The notes below the pieces were generated by a model that saw only the letters and a program-made list of their open reading frames with translations, was not told the DNA's origin and made no database searches. From Candidatus Bathyarchaeota archaeon (GTDB taxonomy: Archaea > Thermoproteota > Bathyarchaeia > 40CM-2-53-6), in contig VBBN01000029.1 in NCBI GenBank assembly GCA_005888735.1, positions 14,564-78,563 on the forward strand: a DNA stretch of 64,000 nt, written 5' to 3'. The translations under genes were made by a program, and so were the position numbers. Every line of letters begins with the position of its first letter. Positions within the stretch are counted from its first letter, which is position 1. Below, one piece after another: positions 8,992 to 16,829 of the stretch.

Positions 8992-9759
8992 GTGGCGTGG
9001 TCGGGTCTTGCAGTCCTGTTCGTCGCTGTAACTTTCTTTTCGACATTACTCGGGGGACTGTTCACTCTAAGAAATAGCAAACTTCAGGTGAAATATTTCT
9101 TCGCTTTTGCAGCCGGTGCCCTGGTAGGCGTTTCCTTCTTCGACCTCATGCCGGAGATCTTCGACCTTGTAAGCCAAACGAAAGTACCGATTGCAGCTGT
9201 TATGGGAAGCATTGTCGTCTCCTTCCTCTTCTTCCACGTCCTAGACAGAACAGTCGTGATACACGCCATGAGGCAGGGACACTCTCTCAACGGCACCGGA
9301 AGGATTCCGGAAACAGCGTTGATGACAAACGGGATCGTCAGAGCAAGCGGCCTATCATTACACAGTTTTCTGGATGGTGTCGCTATTGGAACAGCTTTTC
9401 ACATCGGCTTCGAGCTTGGACTGGTCGTAGGCCTAGCAGTCGTCTTTCACGATTTCTCAGACGGCCTCAACACTGTCACAGTAATGCTACGAGCAGGCTC
9501 CACGCGTCGAGTAGCGTTCTTCTGGCTGCTGGGAGACTCGATCACACCTACGGTCGGTGCTGTTGCGACCCTTCTGATCACGTTGAGTTCCGATGTTCTC
9601 TCCATCATGCTAGCGTTCTTTGTTGGAGAGTTTCTCTTCATCGGAGCGGCAGACCTCCTTCCAGAAGCACATCAGAGAGGCACCTCATTCCGTCTCGTAT
9701 TCGCAACTATCCTCGGCGTACTACTCCTCTTCACAGTTACAAGATTTCTCAACCTGTAA
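8992..9759 (+). CDS. ZIP-family divalent metal transporter (ZupT-like)
   Basis: 255 aa and polytopic, with HSFLDGVAIG and HDFSDGL motifs characteristic of ZIP transporters. Confidence 0.8.
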   Translation: MAWSGLAVLFVAVTFFSTLLGGLFTLRNSKLQVKYFFAFAAGALVGVSFFDLMPEIFDLVSQTKVPIAAVMGSIVVSFLFFHVLDRTVVIHAMRQGHSLNGTGRIPETALMTNGIVRASGLSLHSFLDGVAIGTAFHIGFELGLVVGLAVVFHDFSDGLNTVTVMLRAGSTRRVAFFWLLGDSITPTVGAVATLLITLSSDVLSIMLAFFVGEFLFIGAADLLPEAHQRGTSFRLVFATILGVLLLFTVTRFLNL

Positions 9760-9828
9760 CACGTTTCCAAGCAACGTCGCGCCGCCTTTGGGCGTTTACA
9801 AGTTAGAAGGCTTAAGTCCAAACGGGTC

Positions 9829-12066
9829 CTAGTTCACATCCACAACTGTTAGTCTTTCTAGGTCCCGTCTTCTAGACTCTGGCCACAGTTCCATTGGAAC
9901 AGGTCTTCCCGAGTATCTCCCGAGCACGGTCAGCTCGTCCGAGCCACAACTCTTACACCTAGATAGGATGCCATGTTCGGAATGCCCACAGCCTTGACAC
10001 TGGGACCTCACAGAGGAATATGTGAAAGACTTGACCCCAGCCTCTCCCAGGTCCCGTGCAACTCGGGACAAGTTCGCCACGTCAACTTTTGGACCGAGCC
10101 TCAACGGGAGAAGAGATCCACCATCGAGCATCCTCTGGAACTCGCCCTCAACAGATCCACGACTGGACAGAGACATCTTCTGAGCGAGTGGGACAACGGG
10201 CGCGTCGGTGTAGTAGGGGTTCTTCTTTGACCCTTGATAGACGAGGGTCGAAAAGCCAAACTTCTCAGCATCGATCAGCGACAGCCTCGACGAAGCCTCG
10301 GGAGACGGGTGAAGTCCGATGGTCAGTCTGAGACTAGAAACGTCAGCCTCGTGAACCGCCCGTTTAACCGTCTCTATGATTCGTTTTGCTAAAGCCAAGG
10401 TTTGCTTCTCGCCTAGGTCGTTGTGAGAATGGCTTTTGACAGCCTCGCTTAGACCGAGCAGCCCGATTTCAGCCACAGGGGTGCTGGACCCGTAGTAAAC
10501 GGTGCCATCTGGTCGCCACGAAAGCAACGGGAGGATTCCCTCTCTCATCCTTTCCGTAACAGCTCGGCTTCGAACCTCCAACGCTTTGACTGCGTCGAGC
10601 GTGGCATCGTGAACTGTTTGCAGAAATTTCTCATCCTTGCCGGCCGCTTCGTAGGCCGCTCTCGGAAGATTCACATGGACAGTTCCAACTATCGCTCCGC
10701 GTCCGTATTCTTGGTTTGAGAATATACATCCTTCCGATGATACCGCTAAAGGTGCAGCTGGGTCCTGAATCAGATAGTTGGGAATAGAGAATTTTGCAGA
10801 ACTCTCAAACGCCGTTGTCAGGGGCGCATCTTGTTCACCAAGACGATTTTGCGAAACGGTCACGACTAGTGACGGGTTTACCATTGGTGTACGGCGGCTG
10901 ATTTCAACAGCCGAGTCGATAATGATTCTAAAAAGGTCCGAGGCCTCGCGAGTGTAGTCTCCGTAAACTCCGGTCTTCTTGCCGCCAGGACCTGTCGCCG
11001 GCTGATTTTGAAGCTGGCTCAGTGCATCGCGGGCGAGTCCGATGGTTACTCTCGGGGGGAGAACGTTCGATAGCTCGTCCCAGTTGAGGGCGTGTACGAA
11101 GATGCTGACCGCGTCCCGGGCCTGCTGTCCAGTCGTGCCTTTGACAAAAGGCGCGAGGAAGATGTTGAAGTTAGCGAAAATCTGTTCTCCCGAAATCTCC
11201 CCTTTTCCAATGCTCACCAGTTTCTGAACCATGGCTAGGGCGGATTCTAGAGTTGTGGGTGCCTGCCGCCCTGGGAGTCCTGTCTCAAACACTGGACGGA
11301 GGTCGTGGAAGAACTGGCTAGGCTTCAGGATCCAAGAGTCAGCTTCGTCAAGGTGGATGCGGCCCGAGATGTGGGCATCAGCGAGTTGCTTGTCGATTCC
11401 TTGCAGGAGGACGTATTCTCCCGTTACTGCAGAGCCTGCGGAGGTTTGTACCCAGCCCGAGTCTAGATGTTTCTGAGCTGCTTCGCGGATGAGCATCGAA
11501 ACGTCATAGACGGGGAGTCCCAGCCTCGTGAGCTTGTGACGGTACTCCTCAAGCTTCCTCTCGACAAGGATGGTATTGACAAGCTCCCTAATTAGAGGAC
11601 TGGTGAGGTAGGTGGTTCCGAAACGCAGAAGCCTCTCCTCAGCCTCGACTGCTATCTCACTCGCCAACGTCTGAGGCATTCCCGCCTCCGTCACCAAGCT
11701 TCGAGCTATCTTAGAACGGTCAAACTCTTCAATCGTCATCCGGGAAGTCCGTACGAACAGCCGACCTTTGCTGGCCGCCGCGTATTCTTCCAGGTCCCGG
11801 GAGAATTCGACAAGTCTCTCTCCCAACTCTGTTATTCCGTACTTCTTGGTGCCCTTCTCGACCGCGACGAGCTGGGCCTTCTTCAACGTCTTGAGGTGGT
11901 AGACGAATTTTCCAGCATCCCTGATCGGGTCCAGCTTGTTCGTCGTCATAATCTCGGTATACGGGAGGGGACCCTTGGATGCGAGCAGTTTCAGAATCTG
12001 GAGCCGAACGGGTGCTGAGGCGGCGTCGAGAACCTCAGAGCTGAAACGCTCGTAGGATTTTTGCAA
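9829..12066 (-). CDS. nrdD: anaerobic (class III) ribonucleoside-triphosphate reductase-like protein with N-terminal wHTH and ATP-cone
   Basis: 745 aa. It has an ArsR-like wHTH (VRLQILKLLASKGPLPYTEIM), an ATP-cone-like segment (RMTIEEFDRSKIARSL), NrdD-like core strings (NFNIFLAPFV, VHVNLPRAAYEA), and a C-terminal CQGCG...CKSCG zinc ribbon followed by GRYSGR. TTG start. Confidence 0.7.
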   Translation of the reverse strand: MQKSYERFSSEVLDAASAPVRLQILKLLASKGPLPYTEIMTTNKLDPIRDAGKFVYHLKTLKKAQLVAVEKGTKKYGITELGERLVEFSRDLEEYAAASKGRLFVRTSRMTIEEFDRSKIARSLVTEAGMPQTLASEIAVEAEERLLRFGTTYLTSPLIRELVNTILVERKLEEYRHKLTRLGLPVYDVSMLIREAAQKHLDSGWVQTSAGSAVTGEYVLLQGIDKQLADAHISGRIHLDEADSWILKPSQFFHDLRPVFETGLPGRQAPTTLESALAMVQKLVSIGKGEISGEQIFANFNIFLAPFVKGTTGQQARDAVSIFVHALNWDELSNVLPPRVTIGLARDALSQLQNQPATGPGGKKTGVYGDYTREASDLFRIIIDSAVEISRRTPMVNPSLVVTVSQNRLGEQDAPLTTAFESSAKFSIPNYLIQDPAAPLAVSSEGCIFSNQEYGRGAIVGTVHVNLPRAAYEAAGKDEKFLQTVHDATLDAVKALEVRSRAVTERMREGILPLLSWRPDGTVYYGSSTPVAEIGLLGLSEAVKSHSHNDLGEKQTLALAKRIIETVKRAVHEADVSSLRLTIGLHPSPEASSRLSLIDAEKFGFSTLVYQGSKKNPYYTDAPVVPLAQKMSLSSRGSVEGEFQRMLDGGSLLPLRLGPKVDVANLSRVARDLGEAGVKSFTYSSVRSQCQGCGHSEHGILSRCKSCGSDELTVLGRYSGRPVPMELWPESRRRDLERLTVVDVN

Positions 12067-12249
12067 GGAGAAGAACCGCCGATGAGAGACAGCCCTAGTT
12101 TAAAAAATTGGTGTAAAACAGAATCAGGCAAGACCCAAGGTTTGAAATTTCACGAAAAAAAGAGCTCAACCTGGGCCATGTCGAGCGAATCAACGCCCCG
12201 AGTAACAGAACAACCCTCCGAACGAGCCACTTCTCCGTCCGGAGAGTTG

Positions 12250-13095
12250 CTAGCATCTTTGGTCGAAATGCATACCGGCCATTGCGACGTCGAGTATGTT
12301 GACCATGCCATCATGGTTCAAGTCGGCCTCAGGGTTCCATAGGTTCGAGGCTTCCCTCAAGTCGAAAGCGCGGGCGATGATCCCGATGTCCAAAATGTTA
12401 ACGACGCAATCATGGTTCATATCTCCGATAAGCGGTTGGTTCCTTGGCGGATTTGCGAAGCTCCCTCCTTGAACATCCGACATGAAACCCTTCTGCGCGA
12501 CTGAATTGGAAAATAGTGCACATCCACAGCTCCACCCTGACGGGCTCACTTGGTCAAACAGCACGATTGGCGAGGCCGCGGTTCTCGCTAGGACAATGTA
12601 GGTTAGAGTGAAGAGCAAACCGGTTGTTGGGGCTTGAGTCACCATCCCAGAAGCGGAGACCCGGACATCGCCTGGACCGAGGCCGAGCCAGTAGCCACAA
12701 GGGTCGCCATTTTCCCCAGTGCAAATCATGTAGTGCAAGTTTTGAAGTAAGCCGCCAGTCGCATCTACACTGGCCACTTTCAGTATAGACTGGTTGACGC
12801 CAACGGCGACACTGTAAGAGTCGAAGGCGTCAATACTCTGAGTCACCACTCTCACTCTCAGTTGGCTTCCCGGGTCCGCTGTGAAGACCGCGGGGGCGGC
12901 AGGGCAGGAGTTTGCCACTGCTGAAACGCAGACGAGGCCCACGGTCGAGTTAGAGTAGGCCCGGTTCACAGTGAGCGTTGTCGCAACGGCCAAGATGGTC
13001 AGGAATGAGAGAACCATGAAGGGTTTCGTCGTACCTTGGATATTGCCTCGCAGTGCACACACGCTTGTCCTGATAGCTTCATTTGGGGTGGGCAA
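12250..13095 (-). CDS. secreted protein with cohesin-like domain and C-terminal type I dockerin
   Basis: The N-terminal hydrophobic segment is FMVLSFLTILAVATTL. Two dockerin Ca-binding repeats are present: DMNHDCVVNILDIGIIARAF and DLNHDGMVNILDVAMAGMHF. The middle beta-rich region resembles cohesin. Confidence 0.7.
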   Translation of the reverse strand: MPTPNEAIRTSVCALRGNIQGTTKPFMVLSFLTILAVATTLTVNRAYSNSTVGLVCVSAVANSCPAAPAVFTADPGSQLRVRVVTQSIDAFDSYSVAVGVNQSILKVASVDATGGLLQNLHYMICTGENGDPCGYWLGLGPGDVRVSASGMVTQAPTTGLLFTLTYIVLARTAASPIVLFDQVSPSGWSCGCALFSNSVAQKGFMSDVQGGSFANPPRNQPLIGDMNHDCVVNILDIGIIARAFDLREASNLWNPEADLNHDGMVNILDVAMAGMHFDQRC

Positions 13096-13144
13096 GAATA
13101 AGTCTTGCGCTACACCGTTCTGTCGGTCGTCGGGTGCCTCTCTG

Positions 13145-13644
13145 ATGTATTTGGAGGGTTTTGGCTCTTATCGTTCGTTGTTAGCTGTCAAGTCTGTCCG
13201 GCAACACTATGCTCCGACACAGGACGTGCTAGGATTACTGGAAGTGTTCAGGAGGATGGTCAACGAGTCCATACGGATAGGTCTGGCTAACGATTTATCT
13301 TCGCTGAGAAAGCTCTCACAACTCTCCTACAACCAATTAGCCCAGTATGATTCTCCCAGTTGTTACAAGCTCTGCGCCATGCAGAGCAGCAGGAATACTA
13401 GCAGCTAGGAAGAAGTCTCTCAGGAGGAGGATTTCCCACCAGAGAGCCCTATACTGTCAGACAGCAGCTCGTATCATGCTACGGCTTCAAGACGAAGAAC
13501 GGAGGATTGGAGATTCCGATCGCGAGAGGGAAACGTCTCAGCATACCCCTAACCAAGCACACGCTAAAGGTCATCTCTCAGCCAGGAGTCACTGTACGCT
13601 CCCTTCACCCGGTTCGGTCGACTTTCTCGTTTCGGTCGCCCTGA
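13145..13644 (+). pseudogene. degraded TnpB / IS200-IS605 OrfB N-terminal fragment
   Basis: TnpB-like N-terminal sequence is spread over three frames: ...VKSVRQHYAPTQDVLGLLEVFRRMVNESIRIGL...SYNQLAQYDSPSCYKLCAMQ / RAAGILAARKKSL / PYTVRQQLVSCYGFKTKNGGLEIPIARGKRLSIPLTKHTLKVISQPGVTVRS. No RuvC or zinc-finger part follows. Confidence 0.5.
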
Positions 13645-13832
13645 TCATAAAGTAAAGCGTAGTCTCTGGACCCATAAGTGGACGGTCTCGGAGTTGGGGT
13701 TGGAGCACTGGGTGAAGGAATCGGGGGAAGAGTTAGCTTGGCAGCGGTTAGTGAGCCGCCACAGTTCTGACAAAACTGAGCCCCGAAAGGGTTGGTGCTG
13801 CCGCACTGGGGACAAACTGGAGGTTTCGACAT
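13605..13832 (-). CDS. small zinc-ribbon protein
   Basis: 75 aa with an N-terminal CPQCG-x10-FCQNCG ribbon followed by a P/S/T-rich tail. Confidence 0.45.
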   Translation of the reverse strand: MSKPPVCPQCGSTNPFGAQFCQNCGGSLTAAKLTLPPIPSPSAPTPTPRPSTYGSRDYALLYDQGDRNEKVDRTG

Positions 13833-13976
13833 TGCAGTGTCGCGCCGTAGCCTCGGATGACAGTTTTTTGTGGCGCGCGCTACCTATTTGCTTTTATTGT
13901 TTGCCAACGCCTTCCCCTCAAAAGGGGATAAGCATAAAACTGTCCTGGGGCTATCCAAGGACTGCTGAAGATAGAA

Positions 13977-14162
13977 ATGGGAAAAGTAATGATCTCTCTC
14001 TCCGATGAGGCAGAAAGCCTCGTCAGACGCGAAGTGGACAAGGTCTTCTTTGGCAGAACAGGCGGAGTCAGCATCTTCTTCGAAGGCCTGGTCAGAAAAT
14101 ACTTCAACGGCGGCTTCAAGAAACCAGCCGATGCGAAACACTCGAAGAAAAGCCCCACGTGA
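13977..14162 (+). CDS. hypothetical small protein (possible RHH-like)
   Basis: 61 aa. VMISLSDEAESLVRREV resembles an RHH beta-strand plus helix. Support is weak. Confidence 0.25.
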   Translation: MGKVMISLSDEAESLVRREVDKVFFGRTGGVSIFFEGLVRKYFNGGFKKPADAKHSKKSPT

Positions 14163-14642
14163 AGTTGAAGGTCCCTCTCACAAGTCGCAAGTAAAGCTCG
14201 AGGGCAGCCGATATCCAACGGGTCTGTGGGCTAGCGGGCTCAGAAAGCTTCCCTCGAGCCGTCAAGACAGGAACTAGCCAGACTTTCTAACAAGACGAAT
14301 CGTTGCCATTGGGACAATCAGTTAGACCACTGAAACCCGTCCACAGCGCATCAGGTACGCAAACACTACAATACGCGAGTGGAAGAATTCTCATCATTGC
14401 CTGGCCGTCACCCATTCTGTCCGTTCTAGTCCTACTATCGTTGGACACGACACTTTGTGTCTAAGCATTGACTACGTCAATATCCAGAGATAGATGCTGT
14501 GGCCATGCATCGAGAAACTAGTTGAAATCCTCAACTTGCTTCGAAACAGTCTTTTTGCGAAGCGGGTCTAAGCTAGGGCTGACTACGTGGGCGTCAGCAT
14601 GATTCTCGCGAGGCTAAATACGCGGACCGAGGTTGCAAAGTC

Positions 14643-15101
14643 GTGTCTCCTGGCTGGAATGTGAAGCCACCGAAGGACGATAACGAGTATTTTGAGCGCA
14701 TGACAAAGTCAGTGTTCAGCGCGGGTCTCAACTGGAGGGTCGTTGACAAGAAATGGCCTGATCTCCAGAAAGCCTTCTCCGGCTTCTCGCTTAACAAAGT
14801 GGCGAAGCTATCCGAGAAAAATGTCAAGGCTTTGATGAACGATGAGGGAATCGTGCGGAACGAGAAGAAGATTCGAGCAACAGTGCACAACGCTAACGAA
14901 TTTCTGAAACTTCAGAAGGACCCAGGCTCGTTTCGCGAATACCTCGAATCATTCAAGAAGGATGAAGACGGTCTTCTCGCTGATCTACAGGCAAAATTCA
15001 AGCACCTGGGTCAATCCACAAGCCGGACCTTCCTCTGGTCGGTGGGCTACCAGCTTACGCCCAATAAGGAAGAGAAGAAATGGATGGCGTCCCACAAGTA
15101 A
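14643..15101 (+). CDS. tag: DNA-3-methyladenine glycosylase I (Tag)-like
   Basis: 152 aa. FERMTKSVFSAGLNWRVVDKKWPDLQKAF...GIVRNEKKIRATVHNA matches the Tag family core. GTG start. Confidence 0.75.
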   Translation: MSPGWNVKPPKDDNEYFERMTKSVFSAGLNWRVVDKKWPDLQKAFSGFSLNKVAKLSEKNVKALMNDEGIVRNEKKIRATVHNANEFLKLQKDPGSFREYLESFKKDEDGLLADLQAKFKHLGQSTSRTFLWSVGYQLTPNKEEKKWMASHK

Positions 15102-15180
15102 AGACTCCGGAAGAATCGCGCAAACTTCTCCCTGAATGATTTTATCCCCGGCCATCAGAGGCAGTTCTACCCGCCGCCAT

Positions 15181-15238
15181 GGGGCGGTGGTCTAGCATGG
15201 TCTAAGATAGCTGGCAGGCAACTAGTGGTTCGAGCACA
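15181..15238 (+). pseudogene. decayed tRNA-Pro-like copy (intact acceptor 5' strand and D-arm, degenerate 3' part)
   Basis: GGGGCGG-TG-GTCT-AGCATGGTCTA-AGAT-A forms a canonical acceptor 5' strand and D-arm. The rest (GCTGGCAGGCAACTAGTGGTTCGAGCAC) aligns with gaps to the anticodon and T arms of the tRNA at 16152, but no CCGCCCC acceptor 3' strand is present. Confidence 0.5.
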
Positions 15239-15389
15239 TACAGAGTTAGCTGTTGCAGTAGGCTAACGCCAACAGTTGAATGCTTTATTTCACAGTTACG
15301 TGACGCCGTGATTTCTTGTTTTCTCCAAAACAACACTTTCGTCAATCACTATTAGCTATGTAGCCCCAAGCAGAGGCTGTAGTCACGTC

Positions 15390-16121
15390 TTGAATTTTGA
15401 ACCCTCTGAAGACCTAAGCTTCGTAATTGGATCTTTCTTGGGTGATGGCAGCTTTGTCGAAGACTCGGATTACCATCACCATGTAAAATTGGCTGTTCGA
15501 GACCGCGATTTTGCGGAAGCCTTCAATCTGGCGGTCGGTCATATACTTGGTCGGAAAACAAACAAGATCATAGTAACACACGATTTGGGAAAAGTGTACT
15601 ATGAGTCCAAGTACTCCTCGCGATCCTTGGGATTATTCCTCAGTTCTTCGCTAGGGGAGCTTAGGCCTTTTGCGGATGCTTATCCGGCGGAGTTCTTGCG
15701 TGGCATATTCTCCGCGGATGGCTGCGCGGGCCTTTACGTTGATCATGGTTATCTGAGGCTTCAGATCGTACTTGGCAATTCAGATCCAGAACTGCTGGGA
15801 TTGGTGAAGTCCTTACTTCAATCACATTTCCAGCTACATTCCAATACGTACCTTCGGAAGAGAAGAGGAGCTACATGGAAGAATGGCAGCAAGACCGTCG
15901 TCCTAAGGAAAGACGCGTATGCTCTTCAGATTCAAAGGGTCCATGATGTGCGAGCGTTCGTCGAAAAGATTGGTTTCGTAATCGCTAGAAAACAACACGT
16001 TGCTGAGCAAGCGATCCTTTTGAACCGAACTATAGGCTCTTCACGTGCTGCAGTTGAATGGAGGAAACACTGTTCTCAGAAGAAAGGGGGTCGCTGGCAT
16101 AATTTCGGACCATCTGAATGA
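15390..16121 (+). CDS. double-motif LAGLIDADG homing endonuclease (free-standing)
   Basis: 243 aa with two LAGLIDADG motifs about 95 aa apart (FVIGSFLGDGSF and FLRGIFSADGCAG). It is not in frame with any host protein. TTG start, TGA stop. Confidence 0.85.
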   Translation: MNFEPSEDLSFVIGSFLGDGSFVEDSDYHHHVKLAVRDRDFAEAFNLAVGHILGRKTNKIIVTHDLGKVYYESKYSSRSLGLFLSSSLGELRPFADAYPAEFLRGIFSADGCAGLYVDHGYLRLQIVLGNSDPELLGLVKSLLQSHFQLHSNTYLRKRRGATWKNGSKTVVLRKDAYALQIQRVHDVRAFVEKIGFVIARKQHVAEQAILLNRTIGSSRAAVEWRKHCSQKKGGRWHNFGPSE

Positions 16122-16128
16122 TTTATTT
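16114..16128 (+). promoter_or_regulatory. TATA-like promoter element for tRNA-Pro
   Basis: CTGAATGATTTATTT ends about 24 nt upstream of tRNA position 1. The 11-mer CTGAATGATTT recurs at 15132-15142 upstream of the decayed tRNA copy. Confidence 0.4.
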
Positions 16129-16151
16129 CTCCTTGATTACTCTAGGTCTCG

Positions 16152-16271
16152 GGGGCGGTGGTCCAGCCTGCCGCGAGGCAGGGACAACTTGGTCAAAGGG
16201 CAACAAAACCCGGCTCGGATACTGGTCTCGGGCACCAGTGATCGTGGGTTCAAATCCCACCCGCCCCACCA
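16152..16271 (+). tRNA. tRNA-Pro (anticodon CGG) with about 40 nt of extra sequence in the D-arm region; CCA encoded
   Basis: Acceptor is GGGGCGG/CCGCCCC. Anticodon arm is CTGGT-CTCGGGC-ACCAG, with the anticodon at 16229-16231 and G37. Variable loop is TGATC. T arm is GTGGG-TTCAAAT-CCCAC, then A73 and CCA. The D stem GTCC pairs with either GGAT (16217-16220) or GGGC (16198-16201), leaving one 42-nt insertion or two of about 20 nt. Confidence 0.75.
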
Positions 16272-16303
16272 GCGCTTACCCCTGTTCTGGGCAGGATTCT
16301 TGC

Positions 16304-16310
16304 TTTTTTT
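16304..16310 (+). terminator. oligo-T terminator after tRNA-Pro
   Basis: A run of seven T lies 33 nt downstream of the tRNA 3' end. This is the usual archaeal termination signal. Confidence 0.4.
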
Positions 16311-16829
16311 GGGCAATGGGGCTGGATTAATGCTGCTCTGGTTTTGCTTTCACGTTCGGTTTCCTGTATCTGTTTAACGCTCACGAATCGTGGTTGTGTC
16401 TTTCGTGGGTTCGAACCGTGGGCCGAGTACCCGTTACGCAGTATCGTGTTGTTGCTGTTTTGAGTGATGGTAAGGTTCTGAGTTCTCGTGAGGTTGGGGT
16501 GTTGACGGGTCTTCCGCGGTTTGCTTTGTGGGAGGGTCTGCGGCTTGGTTAAGTCGTCATTGATATGCCAAAATTCGTGTTAATCATCGAATTTTGGGCC
16601 CGAGTTGTCCAGTAAGCTTGCTGGCGTGTATCTTGCTCGCGAAATCGGTCATGACCATTGGGAACCTTGGGGGCTCCACCGTAACAATGTTCTCTGGGAA
16701 ACTCAGTGGCGAATGAGATTCTGTGTCAAAGTCTAGAAGCATTTGTGAATTCAATTCTGAAAACCATTAGTTATTTTGACACGAATGCAAGTTTCTGCCA
16801 GCCTGGATTGTGGAGCTCAAGGATTGCCC

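Noticed and set aside
15181-15238. Upstream tRNA-like piece as the 5' half of a split or trans-spliced tRNA sharing the downstream 3' half
   Set aside because: Its anticodon-stem strand (GCTGG) cannot pair canonically with ACCAG of the downstream gene without breaking U33/G37. The sequence after it aligns, with deletions, to the rest of the tRNA, as expected for a decayed full-length copy.
16320-16560. G+T-rich intergenic stretches here, at 33300-33480 and at 41170-41340 as copies of one element
   Set aside because: Apart from short shared strings (TTCTCGTGA, GGGTTC-AA) I could not align them convincingly by eye. The similarity may be compositional only.
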